Shown: in pieces, positions 37,463-49,009 of the stretch
How the letters are laid out: each line of letters opens with the position of its first letter
Numbering within the stretch: position 1 is the first letter of the stretch
From: Malacoraja senta
Lineage: Eukaryota
NCBI GenBank assembly: GCA_038087875.1
Contig: CM075993.1
Coordinates: forward strand, 2,792,001-2,856,000
Length of the DNA: 64,000 nucleotides
Direction of reading: 5' to 3'
Notes under the pieces: generated by a model
Seen by the model: only the letters and a program-made list of their open reading frames with translations
Databases searched by the model: none
What the model was told of the DNA's origin: nothing
Position numbers and translations under genes: made by a program

Positions 37463-37509
37463 GTGTGTGTGTGTGGTGTGTGTGTGTGGTGTGTGTGTGT
37501 GTGTGTGTG

Positions 37510-37562
<53 letters not shown>

Positions 37563-37578
37563 TGTGTGTGTGTGTGTG

Positions 37579-37627
<49 letters not shown>

Positions 37628-37630
37628 GTG

Positions 37631-37664
<34 letters not shown>

Positions 37665-37665
37665 C

Positions 37666-37701
<36 letters not shown>

Positions 37702-37834
37702 GTGTGTGTGTGTGTGTGTGTGTATGGTGTGTGTGTGTAGGTGTGTGTGTGTGGTGTGTGTGTGTGTGTGTGTGTGTGTGTAGGTGTGTGTGTGTGGTGT
37801 GTGTGTGTGTGTGTGGTGTGTGTGTGTGTGTGTG

Positions 37835-37866
<32 letters not shown>

Positions 37867-37867
37867 C

Positions 37868-37938
<71 letters not shown>

Positions 37939-37976
37939 TGTGTGTGTAGGTGTGTGTGTAATAGAGTGTGTATGTG

Positions 37977-38040
<64 letters not shown>

Positions 38041-38095
38041 TGTGTGTGTAGGTGTGTGTGTAATAGAGTGTGTATGTGGTGTGTGTGTGTGTGCG

Positions 38096-38128
<33 letters not shown>

Positions 38129-38256
38129 TGTGTGTGTAGGTGTGGTGTAATAGAGTGTGTATGTGGTGTGTGTGTGTGTGTGTGTGTGTGCGGTGTGTGT
38201 GTGCGGTGTGTGTGTGTGTGTGCGGTGTGTGTGTGTGTGTGTGTATGATGTGTGTG

Positions 38257-38299
<43 letters not shown>

Positions 38300-38560
38300 T
38301 GTGTGTGTGTGTGTAATAGAGTGTGTATGTGGTGTGTGTGTGTGTGTGTGTGCGGGTGTGTGTGCGGTGTGTGTGTGTGCGGTGGGTGTGTGGTGTGTGT
38401 GAGTGTGTGTGTGTGTGTGTGTGTGGTGTGTGTGTGTGTGTGTGTGTAATAGAGTGTGTATGTGGTGGTGTGTGTGTGTGTGTGTGTGGTGTGCGGTGTG
38501 TGTGTGCGGTGTGTGTGTGTGTGTGCGTGTGTGTGTGTGTGTGTATGAGTGTGTGTGTAG

Positions 38561-38598
<38 letters not shown>

Positions 38599-38609
38599 TG
38601 TGTGTGTGG

Positions 38610-38649
<40 letters not shown>

Positions 38650-38690
38650 TGTGTGTGTGGGTATGCGCATGTGTGTGTGTGTGTGGTGTG
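31084..38690 (+). repeat. Large tandem duplication, copy B
   Basis: Starts at the first base after the gap (TGACTCTCTTGTCACCAGC = 22481). Confidence 0.95.
37361..38690. repeat. Imperfect (GT)n microsatellite, ~1.3 kb
   Basis: Counterpart of 29245-30883. Confidence 0.98.
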
Positions 38691-38825
38691 TGAGCACGTG
38701 TTGTCAGTGTGACTGCGCTAGTGAGAGTGCGCATGAGACAAATATCCACCCTGCAAATTCCACTCGCTTTCCCCAGTCAAGATCAAACACAATTGTGATA
38801 TTAAAACACCTTGAGGCTACAACAG

Positions 38826-39140
38826 ACGGCCACGGTGGGGCAGCGGTAGAGTCGCTGCCTTACAGCGCTTGCTGCGCCAGAGACCCGGGTTCGATCCCTG
38901 GCGCTGTCTGTACGGAGTTTGCACGTTCTCCCCGTGACCTGCGTGGGTTTTCTCCGAGATTTTCGGTTTCCTCCCACACTCCAAAGACGTACAGGTTTGC
39001 AGGTTAATTGGCCTGGTGTAAATGTAAATGTGTGTAGGATAGTGTTAATGTGCGGGGGGGGGGGGGGGGTCGCTGGTCAGCATGGACTCGGTGGGCCGAA
39101 GGGCCTGTTTCCGCGCTGTATCGCTGAACTAAAGTAAACT
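38826..39140 (+). mobile_element. HE1/V-SINE-like SINE, near full length
   Basis: tRNA-like head with A and B boxes, core and CR1-type tail. Confidence 0.85.
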
Positions 39141-39509
39141 AATTGGAGCTGGAGAAAGCAAGTATTCCGTGTGGCCCCACAGTTGGTTTACAACCCTGAC
39201 TCTGCCGTGACAACCATGACAATTAATGATAATATTTGCAAATGTTAGATGCAGAGTTTTCAATTGGAAGGAAATGTCAGAAGAAGCGGGCTTGTTTCTA
39301 AATGTCACCGTGGGCACCTTTAAGTGAAGGCCAGAAGATAACAGGCAGGAATTATAAAGCTTTGGATTTTTTTCCCCCCAAATACCATTTCATTCCTCTT
39401 ACGACTTTATTCCTTGGAGCGCCGGAGGCTAAGGGGTGATCTTATAGAGGTGTATAACATCATGAGGGGGATTGATGCGGTAAATGTCTTTTCCTCTGCT
39501 TGTGATGGG

Positions 39510-39790
39510 ATGATTCAGTTGCCCCAGCTGTTATCAGGCAACTGAATCAACCTACCACAACCTTAGAGCAGAGCTGAACTACTATCTACCTCTTTGGTGA
39601 CCCTCGGACTATCCTTGATCAGACTTTGCTGGCTTTACCTGTCACTAAACATTCTTCCTTTATCTTGTACAGTATCTATACACTGTGAATGGCTCGATTG
39701 TAATCATGTATTGTCTTTCCCCTGACTGGATAGCACGCAACAAAAGCTTTTCACTGTACCTCGGTACACGTGACAATAATCTAAACTGAG
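39510..39790 (+). mobile_element. Rex1/Babar-like LINE 3' end
   Basis: PAVIRQLN-encoding end and tail AAAAGCTTTTCACTGTACCTCGGTACACGTGACAATAA; inserted in a CR1 fragment. Confidence 0.65.
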
Positions 39791-40052
39791 GTGAGTATGG
39801 CAGTCAAGACCAGAGGACAAAGGTTAAAGGTGAGAGGGGAAAGATTTAATAGAAACCTGAGGGGCAACGTTTTCACATAGTGTGGAACGAGCTGTCAGTG
39901 TCCTTTATCAACGTTACTTTTTTGCATAACTTTCATTCATTTGTTCTACACCTCTCCATATCACCGTCTATATCTCTTGTTTCCCTTTCCCCTGACTCTC
40001 AGTCTGAAGAAGGGCCGCGACCCCGAAAGGTCCCAGCTACACTGGTCCCACC

Positions 40053-41093
40053 CAAAGATCCTATAGCGGAGCAAGATGGATCCCTCGACGAAAAAGACGT
40101 AGTACGGTCACGGGCAGATTCGTTTTCGGCCCCATTTCCGGAACCGGCTTCCGTCACCGCACCGAAGATCCGTAGCGGAGCAAAGATAACTAGTGGGGAG
40201 ACGGAAGCCGGTTACGGAAACATCCTCGTAAAAATAAAGGTTGTTTGGGATATCAGAATTATAATTTATTAACACTTTATAGCTTTCATAGCAAAAGGAT
40301 TTGAGTATAGGAGCAGGGAGGTTCTACTGCAGTTGTACAGGGTCTTGGTAAGACCACACCTGGAGTATTGCGTACAGTTTTGGTCTCCAAATCTGAGGAA
40401 GGACATTATAGCCATAGAGGGAGTGCAGAGAAGGTTCACCAGACTGATTCCTGGGATGTCAGGACTTTCATATGAAGAAAGACTGGATAGACTTGGCTTA
40501 TACTCGCTAGAATTTAGGAGGTTGAGAGGGGATCTTATAGAAATGTACAAAATTCTTATGGGGTTGGACAGGCTAGATGCAGGAAGATTGTTCCCGATGT
40601 TGGGGAAGTCCAGGACAAGGGGTCACAGCTTAAGGATAAGGGGGAAATCCTTTAAGACCAAGATGAGGAAAAACTTTTTCACACAGAGAGTGGTGAATCT
40701 CTGGAACTCTCTGCCACAGAGGGTAGTTGAGGCCAGTTCATTGGCTATATTTAAGAGGGAGTTAGATGTGGCCCTTGTGGCTGAAGGGATCAGGGGGTAT
40801 GGAGAGAAGGCAGGTACGGGATACTGAGTTGGATGATCAGCCATGATCATATTGAATGGCGGTGCAGGCTCGAAGGGCCGAATGGCCTACTCCTGCACCT
40901 ATTTTCTATGTATCTATGTATCTATGTATCTAACACAAACTGTTCCCCGCAACGTTGATTACACTGCGAGTCGGGTCGGGTCGGGTTACTGAAATGGATG
41001 AAAAAAAGGTCCACGTTCTGCTCCGTTGCGTACTACACGTCAGCCCATTGCATTTAGAAGGAGTGGTCTATCTTGCTTGCTATAGGATCTTTG
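40053..41093. mobile_element. Non-autonomous DNA transposon with 8-bp TSD (P-element-like or hAT)
   Basis: TIRs CAAAGATCCTATAGCGGAGCAAGAT / ATCTTGCTTGCTATAGGATCTTTG; TSD GTCCCACC at 40045-40052 and 41094-41101; interrupted by a CR1. Confidence 0.8.
40283..40930 (+). mobile_element. CR1 LINE ORF2 3' fragment nested in the DNA transposon
   Basis: [18 protein letters not shown]...GTGY*; (TATGTATC)n tail; TAACAC at 40270-40275 and 40931-40936 may be a TSD. Confidence 0.92.
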
Positions 41094-41917
41094 GTCCCAC
41101 CTGCCTGCGTTTGGTCCATATCCCTCTAAACCTGTCCTATCCATGAACCTGTTTTCTTAAACGTTTGCGATAGTCCCCTGCCACAACTGCCTCCTCCGGC
41201 AGCTCGTTCCATACGCCCACCACCCTTCATTTTGCTTTTCAGCTTTAATAATTACACATATAACTGGATTGTGGATGAAATGCATTTGACAAATAACTTA
41301 AGGTGACTTTTCAGTTGCCAACTCTGGTGAATGGTACTTCATCAATCGGATTGTTGAACCGGTGATCTGAAACAATACCCTGGGCATTTCATACATATAC
41401 ATCCATAAAAATAAATACCTACCACGTTCGAACCATGTATGGGGGAATGAAATTCTCGGGGTAAGGTCAGAAAGATGAAACAAAACCATGATTGCATTCC
41501 GTGATTTGACTTGAAATAATTTGAACTTTCAACGAATGGAGTACGCATTATTGGATGAGAACACTCATAAGGTCCGACATTTTTTTCTTTTTCCCCCCGG
41601 AGTATCCTCAAGTCTTTCTCTCGACTTTCGAACTGTGAGGTCGAGCATCAAAGTAGATTGGAAGAGGAAAGCCAGATAGAGCCTCTCAAATTGAAAGGAG
41701 ACTCACACTTGGTCTTTGTGCATTTTGCAGGCTGCCCCCAAACAAGTAGGCAAAACCCACTGCGCATCGACTCTGTCTGAAGACCAGCTCCTACCCAAAG
41801 AGAGATGGACATGCCACATAGTCAAGTCAAGTCAAGTTATTTATTCACTTGCACATAAAGTGCTGTGAAATGAATTTGCCAGCAGTGGTACAATAAAAGA
41901 ACAACACATACACAATA

Positions 41918-42241
41918 AACATAGAAACATAGAAAATAGGAGCAGGAGGAGGCCATTCGGCCCTTCGAGCCTGCACCGCCATTCAATATGATCATGGCTG
42001 ATCATCCAACTCAGTATCCTGTACCTGCCTTCTCCTTACCCCCTGATTTTAGCCCACAAGGGGCCACATCTAATTCCCTCTTAAATATAGCCAATGAACT
42101 GGCCTTCAACTATCTTCTGTGGTCTTCTGTGGCAGAGAATTCCACAGATTCACCACTCTCTGTGTGAAAAATGTTTTTCTCATCTCGGTCCTAAAAGACT
42201 TCCCCCTTATCCTTAAACTGTGACCCCTTGTCCTGGACTTT
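41918..42241 (-). mobile_element. CR1 3' fragment inside a Rex1-like tail element
   Basis: Reverse-complement CR1 end; host begins with (TCAAG)n TTTATT at ~41820. Confidence 0.75.
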
Positions 42242-43914
42242 AACACAAACACTCACCACAGCATTCATCACTGTGGTGGAAGGCACAACATTTGGTCAGT
42301 CCTCCTCCATTTCCCCCCGTGGTCGGGACCACAACCCTCCGCAGTCGCCACTGCGGGAGTCCAGATGTTCAGACAAGGTAAGTCCTGAATCGGTGCCTCC
42401 CCACCGGAGACCACGGCTTCAAGATGACGTTCCTTCCTCAGATAGACATTTGAGGAAGGAACTGCAGATGCTGGTAGAAACCGAAGATAGACGCAAAGTG
42501 CTGGAGTAACTCAGCGGGACAGGCAGGCAGCATCTCTGGAGAGAAGGAATGGGTGACGTTTCGGGTCGAGGCCCTTCTTCAGATATCTATCTACTTTCCT
42601 TTGGAGTGGTGGAACTGTGCAATGTACTCCCGAAATGACACAAGTGCTGGAGTAACTCAGCGGGTCAGGTAGCATCTCTGGCGAACATGCATAGGTAAAT
42701 GTTTCTGGTCGGGACCCTTCCTCCGTCTGAAGAAGAGTCCCGACCCGACCGATGCAAATTAAATAACCTAAACTAAAGCAAGAGTCACAACCACTCAGCT
42801 CAAGACAGGTACAAATTGCTGGAGTAACTCAGCGGGACAGGAAGACATGGACTGTCCAGGGATGTTTCGTGCCGTCCAGCGATCCCCGCACACTAGCACT
42901 ATCCTACACACAGGGGGACAATTTACAATTCTCACCGAAGCCAATTCACCTACAAACATGTACGGCTTTGGAATGTGGGAGGAATGGATACGTTTTATTG
43001 GCCAAGTATTCACATACAAGGAATTTGCCTTGGTGCTCCGCACGCAAGTGACAACATGACATACAGTGACTGGAGCTCCTGGAGAAAACCCACGCAGGCC
43101 ACGGGGAAAACGTACAAACACTTCACGCACACCAGCCGCATTCAGGATCGAACCCAGGTCTCTGGCGCTGCAAGGCAGCAAATCTACCGCTGCTCCACCG
43201 TGTTGCCTTAAGTTTTTGGCTCGCTCAGAATAAAAGGACGTACCTTTAGAATGGAGATGAGAGGGAATTTCTTCAGCCAGAGGGTGATTAATCTGTGGAA
43301 TTCATTCCATGGCCTCCACAGCCTTCTGCGGCAAAGAATTCCACAGATTCACCACCCTCTGAATAAAGAAATTCCTCTCCATTTTTTCACCCTAATTGAA
43401 TGTCCTTTAATTCTGAGGCTGTGACCTCTAGTCCTGGACTCTCCCACCGGTGGAAACATCCTCTCCACATCCACTCTATCCGAGCCTTTCACTATTCCGT
43501 ACGTTTCAATGTGGGGTCCCCACCCCCACCCACCATTCTTCTAAACTCCAGAGAGTACAGGCCTGGGGCCATCAAAGTGCTCATTCACAGGCACTTCATG
43601 CCGATATTTACATGGACTGGGTCATTTCTGCCACATGAGCATTTCCGTAGCGTCCACAATTGCAAAATGGAGGCCTTTTAACGTTCAATTTTTTTTCCGT
43701 TCCCGTCGGATTTAAACTTCAAATTGAGTTCAAGATGTTTCGCAAGAAGTGACATTGAAGAGGAACATATTCAAAGGACAATTCTCATCAAGCAAATTGT
43801 CTTACAGTCTTGTTTATTAGGTTAGTGAAATAAAGCGAAGTGCAATGATGCAATCAATAATACCGATCAGGTCTAAGGCCGTCGCAAACACTTTGTATAT
43901 CAACGTCGTTGTGT

Positions 43915-44672
43915 GTCGGAAGGAACTGCAGATGCTGGTTTAAACCGAAGATAGACACAAAATGCTGGAGTAACTCAGGCAGCTTCTCTGGAGAGAAGGA
44001 TTGGGTGACGTTTCGGGTCGAGATCCTTCTTCAGGCTGAAATTCACAGGGAAGGGAAACGAGAGATATAGGCAACGATGTAGAGAGATATAGAATAAATG
44101 ATTGACTAATGAGAGGACATAGGCTTAAGGTGAAGAGGACATAGGTTTAATAGGAATCTGATGGGTAACGTATTTGCACATATGGTAGTGTTTGTATGGA
44201 ACAAGCTGCCAGAGGAGGTAGTTGAGGCAAGGACTTATGAAACAGTTAGACGGGTACATGGATAGGATGGGTTTTGGAGGTATATGGTCCAAATGCAGGC
44301 AATGTGGGACTAGTGTAGCTGGGGCATGTTGGCCGGAGTGGGCAAGTTGGGCCGAAGGGCCTGTTTCCACGTTGTATCACTCTGTGACTCTATGAATGAA
44401 AGATATGCAAAAAAAAGTTACAATGATGAAGGAAACAGGCCATTGTTAGCTGTTTGTTGGGTGAGAACGAGAAGCTGGTGCGACTTGGGTGGGGGAGGGA
44501 TGGAGAGAGAGGGAATGCCGGGGCTACCTGAAGTTAGAGAAATCAATATTCATACCACTGGGCTGGAAGCTGCCCAAGCGAAATATGAGATGCTGTTCCT
44601 CCAATTTGTGTTTAGCCTCACTCTGACAATGGAGGAGACCCAGGACCAAAGACTGATGGCAGTGTGGGAGTG
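43915..44672 (-). mobile_element. Penelope-like 3' end interrupted by CR1 (~44105-44395, +)
   Basis: Minus-strand VLGLLHCQSEAKHKLEEQHLIFRLGSFQPSGMNIDFSNFR*. Confidence 0.8.
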
Positions 44673-44846
44673 ACGGAGCGAGTCTGATGGACCCATCGGG
44701 CTGGAGGCTTCTCTTTGAAGCATCTGTGACGATCATCGAAACGGTTCCTCTCCTTCAAGTGTGACAATAGTCGAGTTTACAAATCGGTCCAAGCATGAAA
44801 GCAAAACGTTGATAAGCTCATGAACGAATAAACAGAAAAAGAGTAT

Positions 44847-45128
44847 GGGCAGCACGGTGGCGCAGCGGTGGAGTTGCTGCCTCACAGCGCCAGAGGCCCG
44901 GGTTCGATCCCGACTACGGGTGCTGTCTGTACGGAGTTTGTACGTGACCTGCGTGGGTTTTGTCCGAGATCTCCGGTTTCCTCCCACACTCCAAAGACGT
45001 ACAGGTTTGGCTCGGTATAAGTGTAAATTGTCCCTCAGTGTGTGTAGGATAGTGTTGGTGTGCGGGGATCGCTGGCTGGCGCGGACCCGGTGGGCCGAAG
45101 GGCCTGTTTCCGCGCTGTATCTCTAAAA
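44847..45128 (+). mobile_element. HE1/V-SINE-like SINE, full length
   Basis: A-box TGGCGCAGCGG at 44858-44868, B-box GGTTCGATCCC at 44901-44911, tail GGGCCGAAGGGCCTGTTTCCGCGCTGTATCTCTAAA. Confidence 0.9.
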
Positions 45129-45905
45129 TCTAGTCATATTGTTTGAACTTTGGTGAGGCTGCCGTTGGAGTGTGTTGTGCAGTTCCAGTTGTCCCATTAA
45201 TGACAGAATGTGAATGCTTGTGAGAAGCTGCAGAATAGGTTTACCAGGTTGCTGCCTGGATGAGAGAGTATTAACTACAGGGAAAGATTGGACAAACTGG
45301 GTTGTTTTCTCTGGAGCGTCGGAACCTGAGGGGAGACCAGATATAAGTATGTAAAATTATGCACGCCATATATTGAGACTGAGAACCGGACAAGAGTCCC
45401 GACTCGAAACGTCGCTGAACTGTGTGTTCCCAGAGATGCTGCCCGACCCGCTGAGTTACTCCAGCACTTTGTGTCTTTTTTTTTGTGTGTAAGCCAGCAC
45501 TTGCAGTTCCTTTTGTCTGCAACTCGTTTACAGCAGCGGGCAAATGATGCAAAGGGAAATGTGCAGAAAAACCTTACACGCACAAAGTGGTAGAAATATC
45601 ACCCTCGGGCAAGTGGAAACTATATCCATCGGTGTCTTTGCAAGGGAATTGGATAGGTACTTGCGAGAAAATAATAACTGGGCTAAAACGAACATCTGGC
45701 AGATGTTAACTGAGTAGATTGCTCCATAAAGAGATGGCATGGACTCTGTAGCAGCTGTTTAGTTTCTCCAGCAATTTTGTCTCCAATTTCAGGTAGTCCC
45801 TGCTTTCTCCTTCATTCCCCTCCCCTTCCCAGCTCTCCCTCAGCCCACTGTCTCCGCCTCTTCCTTTCTCCTTCCCGTCCCCCCCCCCCCCACCCTCGTA
45901 TCAGT

Positions 45906-45933
45906 CTGAAGAAGGGTCTCGACCCGAAACGTC
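45906..45933 (+). ncRNA. Minimal type I hammerhead ribozyme motif (PLE)
   Basis: CTGAAGA A GGGT CTCG ACCC GAAAC GTC. Confidence 0.7.
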
Positions 45934-46593
45934 GCCTATTTCCTTCGCTCCATAGATGCTGCCTCTACCTTCGATTTTTCCAGCATCCGCAGTTCTTTCT
46001 TAAACTATTAATCAAGAGACTGTGTTTGGAAGATTCATCTTTTGATGGCATTGAATGTCTCGTGGAGAGCTCGTGAGCGCGTATCGATTATCTTCTGATC
46101 CCCTGTCTTCAATTGAAGATCCCCTGTCTTCAATTAATTCAAGGAATTAAAGGACTAATTCCTTGAAACGGTGTAAAAATCTGTCACCACAGACTGAAAG
46201 GGCTGAACGGCCTTCATCATATTCACCGTGATAATACAATGATTCAGGATGTTTGCCTTCAGTACTGCTACGCATTGTGTAATGCACCAGTGAATCGCAG
46301 AGAGACCTTGCACATGTCTCCTCTCAACCTTCTTTCTCCCAAGGAGAACTCCAGCTTCTCCTGCCTAACCTTGGAGCTGAGATTGCTCATCTCTGGAACA
46401 ATTCCAATGAATCTTTTCCACGCCCACCTTGCGTGACCTTCACATCCTTTCGAAGGTTCCGCAACCAGACTTGAATGCAGCACTCAATTACAGCTGAACC
46501 AGTGTTAGCGGGTGCCTGAAAACTCACTTAACGACTTTGCAATCTGTTCTCTGAAACTTTCTCTCACTAAACGATCAGTCAACTTCTCCAAAC

Positions 46594-47059
46594 AGTTCCT
46601 TGCGTCTGCAACTCGCTTACAGCAGCGGGCAAATGGTGCAAAGGGAAATGTGCAGAAAATCCTTCCATGCACAAAGTGGTAGAAATATCACCCTCGGGCA
46701 AGTGGAAACTAAATCCATCGGTGTCTTTGCAAGGGAATTGGATAGGTACTTGCGAGAAATTAATAACTAGGCAGAAACGAACATCTGGCAGATGTTAACT
46801 GAGTAGATTGCTCCATAAAGAGATGGCATGGTCTCTGTAGCAGCCATTTAGTTTCTCCAGCATTTTTGTCTCCAGTTTCAGGTAGTCCCTGCTTTCTCCT
46901 TCTTTCCCCTCCCCTTCCCAGCTCTCCCTCAGCCCACTGACTCTGCCTCTTCCTTTCTTTTCCCCTTCCCCGACATCAGTCTGAAGAAGGGTCTCGACCC
47001 GAAACGTCGCCTATTTCCTTCGCTCCATAGATGCTGCCTCACCCGCTGAGTTTCTCCAG
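46594..47059 (+). mobile_element. TSD-flanked copy of 45505-45965 (non-PLE flank plus PLE 3' end)
   Basis: 14-bp direct repeat CAACTTCTCCAAAC at 46580-46593 and 47060-47073; hammerhead motif at 46981-47008. Confidence 0.85.
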
Positions 47060-47099
47060 CAACTTCTCCAAACTGCAGAACATTGATTTTTTAAAAAAC

Positions 47100-47385
47100 T
47101 GTGGTGGCGCAGTGGTAGAGTTGCTGCCTTACAGCGCCAGAGACCTGGGTTCGATCCCGACTACCGCCGCTGTCTGTACGGAGTTTTTTACGTTCTCCCC
47201 ATGACCTGCGTGGGTTTTCTCCGAGATCTTCGGTTTCCTCCCACACTCCAAAGACATGCAGGTTTGTAGGTTAATTGGCTTGGTGTAAGTGCAAATTGTC
47301 CCTAGTGTGAGTAGGGTAGTGTTAGTGTGCAGGGATCGCTGGTCGGTGCGGACTGAAGGGCCTGTTTCTGTGCTCTATGACTCTA
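47100..47385 (+). mobile_element. HE1/V-SINE-like SINE
   Basis: A and B boxes, core and tail. Confidence 0.85.
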
Positions 47386-48147
47386 TGCATCGGCAGGCAT
47401 TTCCTTCTGGTGTCCGGGTCTGCATTATTTAATCATGTTCCCTTGGAGTGATTGTCTAATTACTAGGCATCCAGCATAATCATCAGTGGCCGTCTGGTCT
47501 CTGCTTGCAGCTCCCATGATTAAAAAGTAGTGAAAGGAGAAATGGTTTAAGTTCTAATTTAAAGGCGGCTTGTCGAAATCGCTCCTTCAATATCGCGCAG
47601 CGGGATTCCTTTAGTGGTTGCCAATGGAACATATTTGGTTCTCTGGATACTTTCAAGAGAGAGCTAGATAGGGCTCTTAAAGATAGCAAGAATTTCAGCA
47701 AGCAAGAATTACATTGTCCTATCTTGGACACATGACAATAAACTCTCTTGACTTAACTTGACTTGAAGATAGCGGAGTCAGGGGACATGGGGAGAAGGCA
47801 GGAACGGGGTACTGATTGGGGATGATCAGCCATGATCACATTGAATGGCGGTGCTGGCTCGAAGGGCCAAATGGCCTACTCCTGCACCTATTGTCTATTG
47901 TCTATTGTCTATATTTGATTTGCTAAACGCAAAACCACGAGGCCCCTTCTTCAGAGTGCCAACCTGAAACTCAGCCTCTCCACTCCATCCGCAGATGCTG
48001 CCTGACCCGCTGAGTTACTCCAGCACTTTTGTGTTTGTGCCATCATCAGTGGGCCATGTTTCCAACCACCCTTTTCATATCAGGGAGACACTAAAAGCCG
48101 GAGTAACTCAGCAGGACGGGCAGCGTCTCTGGAGAGAAGGAATGGGT

Positions 48148-48175
48148 GACGTTTCGGGTCGAGACCCTTCTTCAG
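48148..48175 (-). ncRNA. Minimal type I hammerhead ribozyme motif (PLE)
   Basis: Reverse complement is CTGAAGAAGGGTCTCGACCCGAAACGTC. Confidence 0.7.
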
Positions 48176-48439
48176 ACTGAGAGTCAGGGGAGAGGGAGAC
48201 ACAGAGATAAGGAAGGGTAGGGCGTGAAAACAAGACATCAAAAGAGAGGAAAATGTGGAATAGATTAATGTAAGCTGGGAGAAGGTGACAACATCTCATC
48301 TCTGCCGTGATGTCTCCTCTTCACACCTTACCCTTCCTTATCTCTGTGTCTCCCTTTCCCCAGGCTGTTGGAGCTGTGAGACAGCAACTCTAGTGGCTGT
48401 GCCACTGTGCCAAGTACCTGGGCTTCTGTTTAGTAGTTT

Positions 48440-48775
48440 AGTTTAGTATAGTTTAGAGATACAGCACAGAAACAGGCCCTTCGGCCCACCGAGTCCCCTT
48501 CGGCCCACCGAGTCCCCCCCGACCAGCGATCCCTACACACTATCCTACACACACTAGGGCTAATTTTACACTTATACCGAGCCAATTAACCTACAAACCT
48601 GCACGTCTTTGGAGTGTGGGAGGAAACCGAAGACCTCGGAGAAAACTCTCGCAGGTCACAGGGAGAACGTACCAACTCTGTACAGACAGCGCCCGTAGTC
48701 GGGATCGAACCCAGGTCTCTGGCGCTTAAAGAGATGAAAGGCAGCAACTCTACCGCTACGCCACCGTGCCGCCCT
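48440..48775 (-). mobile_element. HE1/V-SINE-like SINE, full length
   Basis: (TTTAG)n tail, core, and head GGGCGGCACGGTGGCGTAGCGG on the minus strand. Confidence 0.88.
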
Positions 48776-49009
48776 TTAAAATCTGTTATTAATATGGACG
48801 ACGAAGTTACAGTCTGGTGTTGACAAAGAAAACCATTCCCGTTATGTATCGACAGGTGATCTATGCGCTCGCGTACACTCATCGTTTTATATCACTCAGT
48901 GTGATGCATTCATTTACAGTCATACAGACAAAAGATATTTATTCACTAGTAAAGGTTATACTACTCGTTAATTTTCCAGGATGCAGTTACTGTGGATAGG
49001 TGAGCGAAA

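Noticed and set aside
41290..41620. Possible host exon in unique sequence
   Set aside because: The frames I checked stop early, I found no convincing acceptor/donor pair, and no peptide is recognisable.
44847..44920. tRNA genes (A and B boxes here and at ~10550, 38826, 47100)
   Set aside because: They are SINE heads that continue into the SINE core and LINE-derived tail; no complete cloverleaf is evident.
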